IMG/VR virus record: IMGVR_UViG_3300017963_000190
Span: 186,001-250,000 of that record
DNA: 64,000 nucleotides
Direction: 5' to 3' (one strand)
Below, one piece after another: positions 1 to 9,972 of the stretch. Within the stretch, counting starts at the first letter, position 1, and every line of letters begins with the position of its first letter. A model generated the notes under the pieces. It was not told the DNA's origin, made no database searches, and worked only from the letters and a program-made list of their open reading frames with translations. Made by a program: the position numbers and the translations under genes.

Positions 1-264
1 GATTCATTAGAAGAAGAGGAAGAATTTGCAGCACGGCAGGACTTTGTGGAGTCTGTGTTAGACCACCTGGAGCCGGACCAGCGCAATCTAGTGTGTCTTC
101 GCTACGGAGTTATTGACAGCGTAAAGGTTGAGTTAAGTCCTCGTCAGGTTCTGCGTGAGACATTCCGTCAAGCAGCGTGTAGAGCAATTTTGCAGAGGTC
201 TATGGCGGTCACCGCGGATGAGCGTCTGTCTCTGCTTCGTCCAGAAGAGCTTCCTCCCGAATAA
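1..264 (+). CDS. C-terminal part of a sigma70 region-4-like protein (truncated by window)
   Basis: Frame open from base 1; VLDHLEPDQRNLVCLRYG resembles the L..L..RER.V..LRYG pattern of region 4. Confidence 0.4.
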   Translation, partial: DSLEEEEEFAARQDFVESVLDHLEPDQRNLVCLRYGVIDSVKVELSPRQVLRETFRQAACRAILQRSMAVTADERLSLLRPEELPPE

Positions 265-293
265 ACTTCCTGCGTGTAGGATTTCGCTTCTGT

Positions 294-304
294 CTTGTAA
301 AATA
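294..304 (+). promoter_or_regulatory. CTTGTAAAATA motif (putative phage promoter); further copies at 24476, 29274, 31366, 38845, 44618, 47955, 53054, 59718(-), variants at 9437 and 37653
   Basis: Recurrent 11-mer located shortly upstream of gene or tRNA starts. Confidence 0.65.
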
Positions 305-371
305 CGAGAGTGCGGCAAGCAATAGATTCACAGAACCAGAAAACTGCTGATTCACGAAAGGAGTGACGAGC

Positions 372-1691
372 ATGGCTAAGAGATCGCGTCGGATGCGTGG
401 AAGGCATTCGATTTCAGATGCACCAGGAGGCAGCTATGGGCCTAAGTGGCACGAGATGCTTACGTACATCACGAAGCCAAAAAAGGGGAAGCTGCGAGAG
501 GTTCGTATTGCTGGAGGGTTTTTTGTAATCTTCCAGCACTACGTGAAATTCCGTAACCGAAAGAATGCGATTTCTGGTTACTATGAGCTGTGCCCAAACT
601 GGAATTGGGAGACCGGTGAGTTCAGGCAGGGACCTGATGCCACCTGTCCCATCTGCGCAGATTTCAACGATCGAGACCTTCCCGAGCACTTGAGGATGTT
701 CGGTAGCTTCCGCTACTACTTTGACGCCTTCGACGTCACGATGGCTAAAGGTAACGGTGGCGAGACGATCTTCGGTGTCGCCTTCGTCAACAAGTACGGT
801 AAAAACGATTTGGCGTCCCTCGCGGATATTCTGGGCAATGAGGTGGATGATGAGGAGAATGGCATCTCGGTCCACTGGTTCCTCGATGAGAATGCAAAAG
901 ACGCAAAAGATCGTATGCGCTTCCACCAGGGACAAAAGATCCCGATTCGCTACGATGAGGACCGCGGCCTTTATTTGATGAAGGGTGGCAAGAAAAAGAT
1001 CTTTAAGGGTGAGCCGACCGACTTCGCGGAGATCATCACTCCCAAGTCTGGTGATGAGATCAAAAACGATCTCCAACGCAACGGCTGCTACCGTGAGCTG
1101 GAGAGCTACTTGGAGTCTCAAGGGGACGACGATATCTCTGCAGATGTTCCTGGGTGGGGTGACGACGGTGAGGAGGCAGAGGAAGAGAAGCCGAAGCGCA
1201 AGCCGCGTTCCTCTCAGAAGAAGTCGGGCAAGGGTGGCGGCAACGCTAAAGGAAAAGGCAAAAGCAAGCCTAAGTCCAAGCCCAAGCCGAAAGGAAAGGG
1301 CAAAGGTAAAGAGAAGTCCAAGAAAGCCGAGGAGGTGGAGACGCCTCCAGATGATGACGAGTGGGGATCTTCCGACGAGGGTTCACCTGGCGACTGGGAT
1401 GACGATCTAGGAGATTCTGGTTCCGACGCCGCAGATGAGGACTGGGGCTCGTCCTCTGACAGTGATGAGAGCTCAGGCGAAGGTTGGGATGATGAAGGCT
1501 CGGACGACTCTGGCTCCGAAGAAGCCTCCGATGACTCTGATGATGGTGATGTGGATGGTTGGGGCGAGGCTTCTCACGACGACTCCTACTTCGGAGACGA
1601 TGATGGAGACGATGATTGGGGGAGCTCCTCCGATGAAGCCGGCGACTCGTCTGACGATGATGGGGATGCGGACGACCCTGAGGACTGGTAG
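372..1691 (+). CDS. Putative ssDNA-binding protein (gp32-like) with Lys-rich linker and very long acidic tail
   Basis: AAGGAG RBS; H..CP..CPIC Zn-type motif; acidic C-terminus; lies upstream of recA. Confidence 0.55.
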   Translation: MAKRSRRMRGRHSISDAPGGSYGPKWHEMLTYITKPKKGKLREVRIAGGFFVIFQHYVKFRNRKNAISGYYELCPNWNWETGEFRQGPDATCPICADFNDRDLPEHLRMFGSFRYYFDAFDVTMAKGNGGETIFGVAFVNKYGKNDLASLADILGNEVDDEENGISVHWFLDENAKDAKDRMRFHQGQKIPIRYDEDRGLYLMKGGKKKIFKGEPTDFAEIITPKSGDEIKNDLQRNGCYRELESYLESQGDDDISADVPGWGDDGEEAEEEKPKRKPRSSQKKSGKGGGNAKGKGKSKPKSKPKPKGKGKGKEKSKKAEEVETPPDDDEWGSSDEGSPGDWDDDLGDSGSDAADEDWGSSSDSDESSGEGWDDEGSDDSGSEEASDDSDDGDVDGWGEASHDDSYFGDDDGDDDWGSSSDEAGDSSDDDGDADDPEDW

Positions 1692-1710
1692 TTAGTAGAG
1701 GCAGCTGCCT

Positions 1711-2064
1711 GTGATGAATCTGGTGCAGTTAAGCGCGCGAAAATATCACGGAGAGGTAGTGCGTGTTTCTTGGGACGTAGCTATAGCCCTCAATAACCTC
1801 GGCGCGGAGCACTTGCTGCTCATCTCGCAGGAAGCCGATGAGGCTGAAATGCTACAAAGCGTCGTCACCGGGTTTTTGGCTCACCGGCAGCTGCCTCTAT
1901 ATGCCGCCCATGTTCTAGTGAGCTTGGGTAATGATGCCGCCACACAACTCGCCGTCGCAGTGGTTCCTCAAGTAAGGTACTACCGCGATGCTGCTGAGGT
2001 GGGGCGTCGATGGGGCACCGTAAATTACGAGGCTTTAGCCTCCCTTTTAGGGCTTTCTAGGTGA
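1711..2064 (+). CDS. Hypothetical protein, possible thioredoxin-like fold without CxxC
   Basis: AVVPQVRYYRD resembles the cis-Pro strand of thioredoxins. Confidence 0.3.
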   Translation: MMNLVQLSARKYHGEVVRVSWDVAIALNNLGAEHLLLISQEADEAEMLQSVVTGFLAHRQLPLYAAHVLVSLGNDAATQLAVAVVPQVRYYRDAAEVGRRWGTVNYEALASLLGLSR

Positions 2065-2071
2065 GCGCACG

Positions 2072-3373
2072 ATGGCTAAAAAAGAGAAGGATGACGCGAA
2101 AATAATGTCTGCAGTGGACGCGGTTTCTGTCGCGTTCGAGGAGCTGGACGACCTTGACTGCATTAACCTGCAGCAGGGGAAGCGCGTGCGTGATGCCATG
2201 TCCACCGGAAGCCTTTCGCTTGACCTCATTAAGGGTGGTGGAAACAAACCGGGCCTCATGGAAACCATTTTCGGCCCAGAAGGTTCCGGTAAATCAACCC
2301 TCATTAATTCGTACATCGTCAGCGCACAATCATTGAACATACCTGCTATCTTGTACGATCCAGAATCTGGCTCAGATCCGGTGTACATGCGCACGCAAGG
2401 CGTTGACCTGCGTTATCAGATCTCTGTTAAAGAGGGGAAGAAGACTGTCAAAAAACCCGGATTCTTCTACACACAACCAGAATGCGGAGAAGACGTCTAC
2501 CGTCATATCTTACGGACGCTGCGCCGACTTCCCATCGTAGATGATGGACCAGCTCAAATTCTTTTCTTGATTGATAGCTTTGAGGGGATGGCTAGCGAAG
2601 AGGTCGATGAGAAAGGTGAGGGTGGGCGTATTGCGGATGAAGCGCGCATGCATTCTTACTACCTAAAGAGAGTTGTTCCACGGTTGCGCCGTCGGGGAGC
2701 CATCTTGGTAGGCACCAACCAAATGCGTACCGCAATAGGCACGTATGGGAATCCCCAACAGGAATCTGGTGGGCGTGCACTACGTTACTGGCCAGGATAC
2801 AAAGTTCGGGTTTCTGTTAAACGTGTGGAGGCAGACAAGATTAAGGTGCAAACGCTTCCCGTCATTTGGCGTACGACGAAAAACAAGGCGTTCCCTCCAC
2901 ATCGTAGTACGGACATGCGTATCATGATGGGACGCGGTCTCGATCCAGCCTATGACGCGCTGTACTTCTTGAAGCAGCTGGGGTACATCGAGGTACGTGG
3001 AGGAAAGACAAAAATCCTGCTACCCGGACACGGTAAGGTGTTAAGTTGGAAAGACTTCCGGCGTACTGTAGAAAATCCTGAGTTCCGTGCCAAGTGCTTT
3101 GCAATGTTGCGTAGTAATGATACCTATCGGCGCTACTTTGAGCATAGCAAGGAGTCAACCTACTTCTACGATGCCGACTACACATTCGAAGATGAGGCGG
3201 AAGATGAGGCGGAAGATGAGGAGAAACTGGCACAGCAGGTAGAAGACGATGCTGCTGAGTACGACGAGATGCGGCGCAAGCGACGCAAACGGGGAAAGCG
3301 CCCGCACGGGAAGTCGAAAAAACAGGATCACGAGGATCTCGCCTTTGACGAGGAAATGATGTTCGATGAGTAG
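2072..3373 (+). CDS. recA: RecA/UvsX-like recombinase
   Basis: STGSLSLD, Walker A GPEGSGKS, Walker B LIDS, NQMR, ESGGRALRY, KNK motifs. Confidence 0.9.
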   Translation: MAKKEKDDAKIMSAVDAVSVAFEELDDLDCINLQQGKRVRDAMSTGSLSLDLIKGGGNKPGLMETIFGPEGSGKSTLINSYIVSAQSLNIPAILYDPESGSDPVYMRTQGVDLRYQISVKEGKKTVKKPGFFYTQPECGEDVYRHILRTLRRLPIVDDGPAQILFLIDSFEGMASEEVDEKGEGGRIADEARMHSYYLKRVVPRLRRRGAILVGTNQMRTAIGTYGNPQQESGGRALRYWPGYKVRVSVKRVEADKIKVQTLPVIWRTTKNKAFPPHRSTDMRIMMGRGLDPAYDALYFLKQLGYIEVRGGKTKILLPGHGKVLSWKDFRRTVENPEFRAKCFAMLRSNDTYRRYFEHSKESTYFYDADYTFEDEAEDEAEDEEKLAQQVEDDAAEYDEMRRKRRKRGKRPHGKSKKQDHEDLAFDEEMMFDE

Positions 3374-4409
3374 GTTGGATCCACAGTCGACTTCGGACTT
3401 GCTGCGCACCATATTAATGGTCGCGCGTAAGCTAGGCGACGATGACTACGGGTGCTTTTTGTTTTCCGCAGCACCTGCGTTTCAGGAGGATGTGTGTGGG
3501 TTGGTTGTACGTAGGCCAGGAATGGTCAAGTTCCGCGGGTCAACCGTCGAAGCCAAAGAGCTAGTGCACCGTTTCCATTTGTTGGGCTATTACGTACTAC
3601 TCTACAAATACGATGAATTATCCTCTTGGTACTCTTCTCTAGACGCGTTACCCGCGTACCGGGAGCCGTTGCAGGAACAGCCCTTACTTGAAATAGCGGA
3701 ACACCTTCCTCCACACCAAACTTACGTAGAGCTCTTTGGTAGCGGATCGCCGATGTTTGCTGCAAAAGCGCCCGCAAATGTGGAGGTTTATAATGATGTG
3801 TATAGTCATGTAGTCAATCTGTTCCGCATCCTGCGATACCCAGAAACACTGGGCAAGTTCTTTTTGCTGAGTCGTTTGTTCCCTCCGACACAGCCGATGG
3901 AGGAGTCTCAACTGCGGAGCCATGTACGATATGCAGAAGAGAGCGATCTTGTACTACTGGCTTATAGTTGGTTCATGCACACCTACCCAGTACTCTCTGC
4001 TTTTGTGGGGGCGCAGAGTCAGCAGACCGCATTGCTGTTTGATGGGAACACATCCGAAGTAGCTGATGCATTGATCGCGATAGATTCCAATTTCCTACTC
4101 TTTCGCGACCGCCTGATGCGCATGCAGTTCGAGTATAATGACTGGCGTCGTGTGCTTACTACTTACGACACAGATAAGACATTATTTTGGGTTGACGTGC
4201 CCACTTCTGGGCAGCATGCTCTTACTCCAGAAGAATGTGGGTTACTTGTCAACCATCTAACTTCCTGCGGAGGATCGGCAATTGTTTACATCAACGCTGA
4301 AGACCGCCATGAAATACTGGATGAGCTTTTAGCAAGCGAGGCGTCTAAGAGGCGCTCACGGTGGAAACTCATTGAGTTTAGTAGTTGCTGGATTTACAGA
4401 AAAGCCTGA
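3366..4409 (+). CDS. Dam/D12-class adenine methyltransferase-like protein, probably inactive
   Basis: PPHQTYVELFGSGS and EVYND motifs; DPPY replaced by DVPT. Confidence 0.65.
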   Translation: MSRLDPQSTSDLLRTILMVARKLGDDDYGCFLFSAAPAFQEDVCGLVVRRPGMVKFRGSTVEAKELVHRFHLLGYYVLLYKYDELSSWYSSLDALPAYREPLQEQPLLEIAEHLPPHQTYVELFGSGSPMFAAKAPANVEVYNDVYSHVVNLFRILRYPETLGKFFLLSRLFPPTQPMEESQLRSHVRYAEESDLVLLAYSWFMHTYPVLSAFVGAQSQQTALLFDGNTSEVADALIAIDSNFLLFRDRLMRMQFEYNDWRRVLTTYDTDKTLFWVDVPTSGQHALTPEECGLLVNHLTSCGGSAIVYINAEDRHEILDELLASEASKRRSRWKLIEFSSCWIYRKA

Positions 4410-4457
4410 AACCAGTACACATCATCAAACGCGCGTTGGCGCACAGGAGAGATTGAG

Positions 4458-4733
4458 ATGCCTAGGAAAGCAAAAGATTCTGGAACCAAGTCCCCCAAAA
4501 GCAAGCGGCTCGCTCCGGAGAAGATGGCCCGAGCTGCGCAAATGTTTTACAAGGAGGTAGGTCCCAAGGTGGTCACCGCCTCGAAGATCAAACAATTCTA
4601 CGCAAGCATGGGCCTGCGCGTTGATAGTCAGTTGGTGGAAGCACTGGCCAAGGACTTCACCAAGACGATGCTGGGCGCTGCCAAGCGCTGCGTCGGGAAC
4701 AAACGCGGCACCGTGAGGCCTATGGACCTGTAG
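4458..4733 (+). CDS. Bacterial-type histone-fold protein with basic N-terminal tail
   Basis: VVTASKIK...AAKRCVGNKRGTVRPMDL matches the R-x-T-V-x-x-x-D-L histone-fold signature. Confidence 0.7.
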   Translation: MPRKAKDSGTKSPKSKRLAPEKMARAAQMFYKEVGPKVVTASKIKQFYASMGLRVDSQLVEALAKDFTKTMLGAAKRCVGNKRGTVRPMDL

Positions 4734-4748
4734 TTTTGGGGGACCGCG

Positions 4749-5825
4749 TTGCCTCGTTTTCTCCATACAGCGGACTTGCACCTGAATTCGCTGCGGCGGT
4801 TTAGCAAGTTCTACCTCGACCGGGCGCAGATGATGCTGCGGGAGATCCTGCGTATCGGCCACGAGCACTCGGTGGATTTTATCCTCGTGGCCGGCGATGT
4901 TTACGACCGTCGGGACATTACTCACCTGGAGCGCCAGCTGCTGTCGGAGTGGTTGGCTACATCGGATATACCTATCGTGGCCATCAGTGGCAATCACGAT
5001 AAGCGTTCCAACGAGGTGGGAGACACTTGTTTGAGCTACCTTTCCTGGCTCAGTGAGAAATTCCACGAGCATGTTGTGTACGACGGTGCACCACTCATTG
5101 TGGAGATACGCGGCTGCGCGCTTATCCTCGTACCATTTCAGGGATGGATGGATCAGGAGCTATACTTAATACTGGATGCACTGGTTCCTAGGGCAGTGGA
5201 GTCCGATTTGCCGGTGGTGGTTGCGATGCACGAAGCCGTTCAGGGCTGCGTCACTGACGTGGGAATGACGGTTACCAAATCCAACCAAATTCGCTTGGAC
5301 GACGCATTTCCAGACGTAACGTACTGGGCTCTTGGTGACATGCACGTGAATCAGCAAGTAGCAGATCGAGCATGGTATTCAGGGTCGCCGCATCAGACCA
5401 AGTTCGATGAAGTGCAAGAAAAGGGCGTTCTCATCGTAGACACCGATGATCCAAGTAATCCAGAGTTTGTTCCTGTTCCGTCCATCCCGCTTTTGATGTT
5501 GACCGAAGAGCCATTTAAGTGGCCAGACCCCACAGAAGCTTTGGTGCAGTTCCGCCCAGATGGTCCGTCACCCGAGTATGTGCTACCGCCGAACGTAGAA
5601 ATACATCCTAGTGTAATCGTAGGCGGCATCGAAAAAGAGACAAAAGAGCGACAGCTGGTAGGGATTTTCGACGGTCTTGATGACGCTTTACTGCGGGCTT
5701 CCCTTCCAGGTGAGATGCTTCCTTTAGCATGGCGAATCGCTTGTAAACTGGCACGCACGCTGCAAATAGATGTAGAGCTACCAGAAAGATACCAGACTTC
5801 CACGGAGCCCACAGAAGATGATTAA
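4749..5825 (+). CDS. sbcD: SbcD/Mre11-like nuclease
   Basis: HTADLH, AGDVYD, GNHD, ALGDMH, YSGSP motifs. Confidence 0.9.
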   Translation: MPRFLHTADLHLNSLRRFSKFYLDRAQMMLREILRIGHEHSVDFILVAGDVYDRRDITHLERQLLSEWLATSDIPIVAISGNHDKRSNEVGDTCLSYLSWLSEKFHEHVVYDGAPLIVEIRGCALILVPFQGWMDQELYLILDALVPRAVESDLPVVVAMHEAVQGCVTDVGMTVTKSNQIRLDDAFPDVTYWALGDMHVNQQVADRAWYSGSPHQTKFDEVQEKGVLIVDTDDPSNPEFVPVPSIPLLMLTEEPFKWPDPTEALVQFRPDGPSPEYVLPPNVEIHPSVIVGGIEKETKERQLVGIFDGLDDALLRASLPGEMLPLAWRIACKLARTLQIDVELPERYQTSTEPTEDD

Positions 5826-6996
5826 CGTTCAGCACTTAGCTGTGAAATACCGTCCACGCACTCTGCGAGAGGTGATAGGACAAAAGCAGGTGGTTGGGAG
5901 TATTATTGGAGCACTGCGGCGTAAGAGCATCCCGCCGGTGATCCTCCTGCATGGACCCCATAGCACAGGCAAGACCACTATTGCCCGTCTGCTGGCCAAG
6001 TATTTGAACTGCGAGAAGCCCGACAAGGATCACACTCCTTGCGAAAAGTGCTCCAGCTGCAAGGCGTCGAACGATGTACTCGCTGGGCGTTCCGTACACA
6101 CCGATGTTACTGAGCTCAACGCAGCGCTTCATGGGGGAGTAGACGCAATCCGGCGCTTGGAGAGTTTGGCTCCGCAAGCCCCTCGTTACAATGTGCGCAT
6201 TTTTATATTGGACGAGGCGCACGGTATCACAGCTACAGCTTTCAGAGGAGCTCTAAAGCTTTTCGAGGATCCTCCTCGTCGAGCCATGTTCTTCTTGTGC
6301 ACCACAGATTTCGAGAAACTGCCTAAGCAGATTATCGATCGCTGCCACATCTTTAAGCTGACCCCGATCGATACAGATCTTATAGCGAAGCGTGTTTACC
6401 AAGTTGCAATAAAAGAGGGATTCAAGCCAGGAAATCCCAAGATGCTGAAAAAGCTGTGCCAGCAGATTGGTGCAGCGTCCGACGGTCACATGCGCCAAGC
6501 ACTGGGGCTACTAGATAATATCAGGAATTATGCTGAAGGGCAGGAAGGTTCCATCAATTGGGATAAGATGCTGCCGGAGATAATCGAGAACACTCCGGAG
6601 CTTGCCCCATATGTGACGGCTCAGCGCTACGTGGCCGCAATTTTTAGCGGGAAGCATCCTCGCGCTTTTCTGGCCATCGACAACACGCAGAACCATGACT
6701 ATCTGGTGCGCCGTGTATTGGAGTGCTTTGATTTAATCGTCTCCTCTTGGATCGATGAAGAGCACCTGGTTGACCGCGGGAAGTATTGGATGCTCAGAGG
6801 AGTACATGTACCTTCCAAGGACGTTGGCAAGAAGGTGCTGCTCCAGTCTGATGGGATGGAGGAGATCATGACGATTTACCTTGATGCGCTTGATCGTATC
6901 AAGAACTATACTACTGATCCCAAGGTTACTGTGCAAGCGGCAACACTGCGGGTCATGAAAATCATCCGTAGTTGGAATAAACTGAGCAAGAGCTGA
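5818..6996 (+). CDS. dnaX: DNA polymerase III gamma/tau-like clamp loader subunit
   Basis: LAVKYRP, GPHSTGKTT, LNC...PCEKCSSC, ILDEAH motifs. Confidence 0.9.
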   Translation: MINVQHLAVKYRPRTLREVIGQKQVVGSIIGALRRKSIPPVILLHGPHSTGKTTIARLLAKYLNCEKPDKDHTPCEKCSSCKASNDVLAGRSVHTDVTELNAALHGGVDAIRRLESLAPQAPRYNVRIFILDEAHGITATAFRGALKLFEDPPRRAMFFLCTTDFEKLPKQIIDRCHIFKLTPIDTDLIAKRVYQVAIKEGFKPGNPKMLKKLCQQIGAASDGHMRQALGLLDNIRNYAEGQEGSINWDKMLPEIIENTPELAPYVTAQRYVAAIFSGKHPRAFLAIDNTQNHDYLVRRVLECFDLIVSSWIDEEHLVDRGKYWMLRGVHVPSKDVGKKVLLQSDGMEEIMTIYLDALDRIKNYTTDPKVTVQAATLRVMKIIRSWNKLSKS

Positions 6997-7006
6997 TAAC
7001 ATTATC

Positions 7007-9451
7007 ATGGTTCGCTTGGATTACGAATCTCTGGAATTCGAAAATGCCTACATCTACCGGCGCTGTTCTGTGCCGCTGGAGAATCAAGGGCTTGTGCTGA
7101 TCCGTGGCTTGAATATGGACGACGCTGGCTATCTGGGTGCTGGCAAGAGTTCTATATTCGAAGTCTTCTCCCAGATACAGATAGGAAAGGGTGGTAAGCC
7201 TGATCGGCGTAAAGGGGATCATCGATCTGAGATAGTCAACTCGTTTGTAGGTGGTGACCTGGCTGCACGGTTAAAGCTGCGTGTGGATGGCCATCCTTAC
7301 GAGATCCGTCAATATCGAAGCCACTACCGCCATGGCAACAAAGTCTTCATTATTGACAGGCAGACCGGCAAAAATATTCTTCCTAGGAGTGCGACCAGAG
7401 CACCTCATAAGTACGTGCGCGAGGAGCTGCTGCGTTTGGACGAGACTACGTTTTTCAATCTCATTTACTTAGTGCAAGAGCTCAACAATGTGATGATTCA
7501 CGGGTCTGAGTATGACCGCCGTAAGCGGCTCACTGTGATGTTCGACCTACACGTATATGACGAGCTTCGTGCCGCGGCAAACCGTAGTTTGGGTTTGCAG
7601 GAAACCGCCATGGCGGACATCGAGTCAGTTCGATCGGAGCTGTTCGAGGTAGAAGAACGCTTGGATGACGCACCAGATTTAGATGAGCTGGAGCAGGACC
7701 TTGAGGAGACACAGCAACAACTGCAGCAGTATCAGGAGGAGCACAGCAGCGATACCAAGAAATACACTACCTTGTCCGATCGTGTCGCCAAGCTGCAGCG
7801 CCGCGAGGAGTGCCGAACTCAAATAGTGAAACGGTTCCATGCAAAACCTTACGCATTATCAAAGAAATTCCCCAAACCAACGGATATAACTGCTGTTGAT
7901 GTCACTGCCTGGAAAAAGAAGCGGGATAATTTGAACGCCGAGCTCGCCAGCGTGACTAATGATTTATCGAAGCTGCGCAAGCGTTCTGTTTTGGAGGGCC
8001 AGCTCCGTAAATTGAGCGGGCGTGACCTAGAAGAAATCCAGCAGGAGCTGGCGGAGGTTAAAGCGCAGCTGACCTACTTGACGAAAGTGGAGCTCCCTCA
8101 ATCAGAGGAGCGTGCGGAGCTGCTGGGGAAGCTGACCAACCTGCAGGAGCCTGATGCTGATGTTTCCGTCTTGGAGGAAGAGCAGCAGGATACCACGTCA
8201 CGTGAGCGCTCGCTTACGAGCTCAATAGAAAGCCTGAGTCTGCAGTTACAGGGTGCGGTTTGTCCTACTTGCCATCGTCCTTTTGCTATGACGGCAGAGG
8301 AGATAACTGCCAAACAGGTTGAGCTCAAAGACCTTCGATCTGAGCTGGAAGAGGTGACAGCTTACTCGAATGAGCTCAAGAAACGTATTCGAGGGGCACG
8401 CATTTTTTCACAAGTGCGTTTGCGCATGAAGGCGATAGAAACAGAGCGATCTCCTGATGAGGTCATGAGCGATGTTAGGGAGAACACTAAGCTTGAGCGG
8501 CAGCTTACAGCCGAGCATGAGACGTCTCAGCGCCGCCTGCAGATAGAAGCCGAGTTGGCAGCAATGCCAAGCGAAAGTAAGGTAGAGCTGGAGGATAAGT
8601 CCAAGAAGATTGAGCGCCAGCTTACCAAGGCGGCCACGTGGTTCGACGATGCCAAGTACATCCGCGAGCGCCTAGCGGAGATGGAGAAACTTCCGCGAGG
8701 CAAGGTCCGAGAGGCGGAAAAGGATGCTCGTGAGCTACGCATCCGGATGCGTAGAGCCTCCAAATTGATTTCTGAGACAAGCTCAGAGGTAGCGCACTTA
8801 GAGAGCAGTGTTGATGAGATACGCCGTCTGCGTAGGCGTGCGACTACTCTGCGCCGCACAATACTTAAACGGGACTCAGTCATAAAGGAAATTCAGTGCT
8901 TAAAGGCGCTCCACAAAGCGTTTGGTTCTGGTGGATTGAAGCATGACCGGTTTCAGTCGATATTGACCGATGCAGCTGAGCGTACTGTTCCATCTTACGC
9001 CAACATTTTGTGGCCAAGCAGGAACGTCGAGCTCCAGCTGGATGATCAGGATGGCTCTTTGCAGCTCCAGATGGTCAGAACCGACACCAACACCATCACC
9101 AACAGCAGTCTGCTTTCTGGTGGAGAACGCCACAAGTCTGGGTTGGCCTTCCTCTTCGGGATGCGCGATCTGAAGGAGATGTACACAGGAAGCTCCGCGA
9201 ACATCTTGGTAGTGGACGAGCCTTTTGGGAACATGGACCCTTTAGGGACCGAGGGTCTTTTGTCGATCTTCTCTATGCTACGTCAGAAGTTTTGCTCGGT
9301 CTTCGTGATCAGCCATCGGCCTGAGGTGCTGTCCCACCCAATCTGGGACCAAACTTGGTGGGCAGTCCGCGAGAATAACGATGCTCAGCTTTATTTCAAT
9401 GAGCTGCCAGCGCGGTATCAGCAAATCGCGAATGAACTTGTAAAACAATAA
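7007..9451 (+). CDS. sbcC: SbcC/Rad50-like SMC ATPase
   Basis: GAGKSS, coiled coil, CPTC zinc hook, LSGGE, VVDEPF, ISH. Confidence 0.9.
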   Translation: MVRLDYESLEFENAYIYRRCSVPLENQGLVLIRGLNMDDAGYLGAGKSSIFEVFSQIQIGKGGKPDRRKGDHRSEIVNSFVGGDLAARLKLRVDGHPYEIRQYRSHYRHGNKVFIIDRQTGKNILPRSATRAPHKYVREELLRLDETTFFNLIYLVQELNNVMIHGSEYDRRKRLTVMFDLHVYDELRAAANRSLGLQETAMADIESVRSELFEVEERLDDAPDLDELEQDLEETQQQLQQYQEEHSSDTKKYTTLSDRVAKLQRREECRTQIVKRFHAKPYALSKKFPKPTDITAVDVTAWKKKRDNLNAELASVTNDLSKLRKRSVLEGQLRKLSGRDLEEIQQELAEVKAQLTYLTKVELPQSEERAELLGKLTNLQEPDADVSVLEEEQQDTTSRERSLTSSIESLSLQLQGAVCPTCHRPFAMTAEEITAKQVELKDLRSELEEVTAYSNELKKRIRGARIFSQVRLRMKAIETERSPDEVMSDVRENTKLERQLTAEHETSQRRLQIEAELAAMPSESKVELEDKSKKIERQLTKAATWFDDAKYIRERLAEMEKLPRGKVREAEKDARELRIRMRRASKLISETSSEVAHLESSVDEIRRLRRRATTLRRTILKRDSVIKEIQCLKALHKAFGSGGLKHDRFQSILTDAAERTVPSYANILWPSRNVELQLDDQDGSLQLQMVRTDTNTITNSSLLSGGERHKSGLAFLFGMRDLKEMYTGSSANILVVDEPFGNMDPLGTEGLLSIFSMLRQKFCSVFVISHRPEVLSHPIWDQTWWAVRENNDAQLYFNELPARYQQIANELVKQ

Positions 9452-9459
9452 GGTACTCA

Positions 9460-9972
9460 ATGCTCGCTAGGATTTTTTCGCATTTGATCACCACACGCAG
9501 CGACGTAGCCATCAGCTGGCTGTGTGCTGAGTTGAAAGCAGACAGTGTGGCAGCATTTGGGATGAGCGAGCAGCGTGCGCATCTTACGGCAATGCGTAAT
9601 GATGCCTCGAAAGAGTTCTTCTGGGATGACCAGAATTTGCTGCGGCGCCTAGAGGGTTCCAAGCACTCAGCGGCTGCTTTCGCATTGCTCTGGGAACTAT
9701 GTCGCATAGCCGATCGCTGCGGCGATCTACATGTAATGGTCCGGTCGTACGTCAAAAAGAAAACAGGCGTGCTCGTAGAATCGGTGCCGTTTCTTCTTAC
9801 CCCTGAGGGACTGAATTTGGTTTGTGATAGAAAAAGTTGTAGTGGATCATCAAAAAAGTCCGATCAGGTGCTGATGAGTGTTGACAAAAACCGTCTGAGT
9901 GTGCTAGTTCCCATAGGTAATAGTGAAATGCATGGGCTGCTCTTCGGACGTCTTCGGAGGATTTCACCATGA
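9460..9972 (+). CDS. Hypothetical protein
   Basis: ORF in operon arrangement. Confidence 0.55.
   Translation: MLARIFSHLITTRSDVAISWLCAELKADSVAAFGMSEQRAHLTAMRNDASKEFFWDDQNLLRRLEGSKHSAAAFALLWELCRIADRCGDLHVMVRSYVKKKTGVLVESVPFLLTPEGLNLVCDRKSCSGSSKKSDQVLMSVDKNRLSVLVPIGNSEMHGLLFGRLRRISP

Noticed and set aside
3188-3221. gaagatgaggcg repeats in the recA tail
   Set aside because: Simple low-complexity coding repeat (EDEA)
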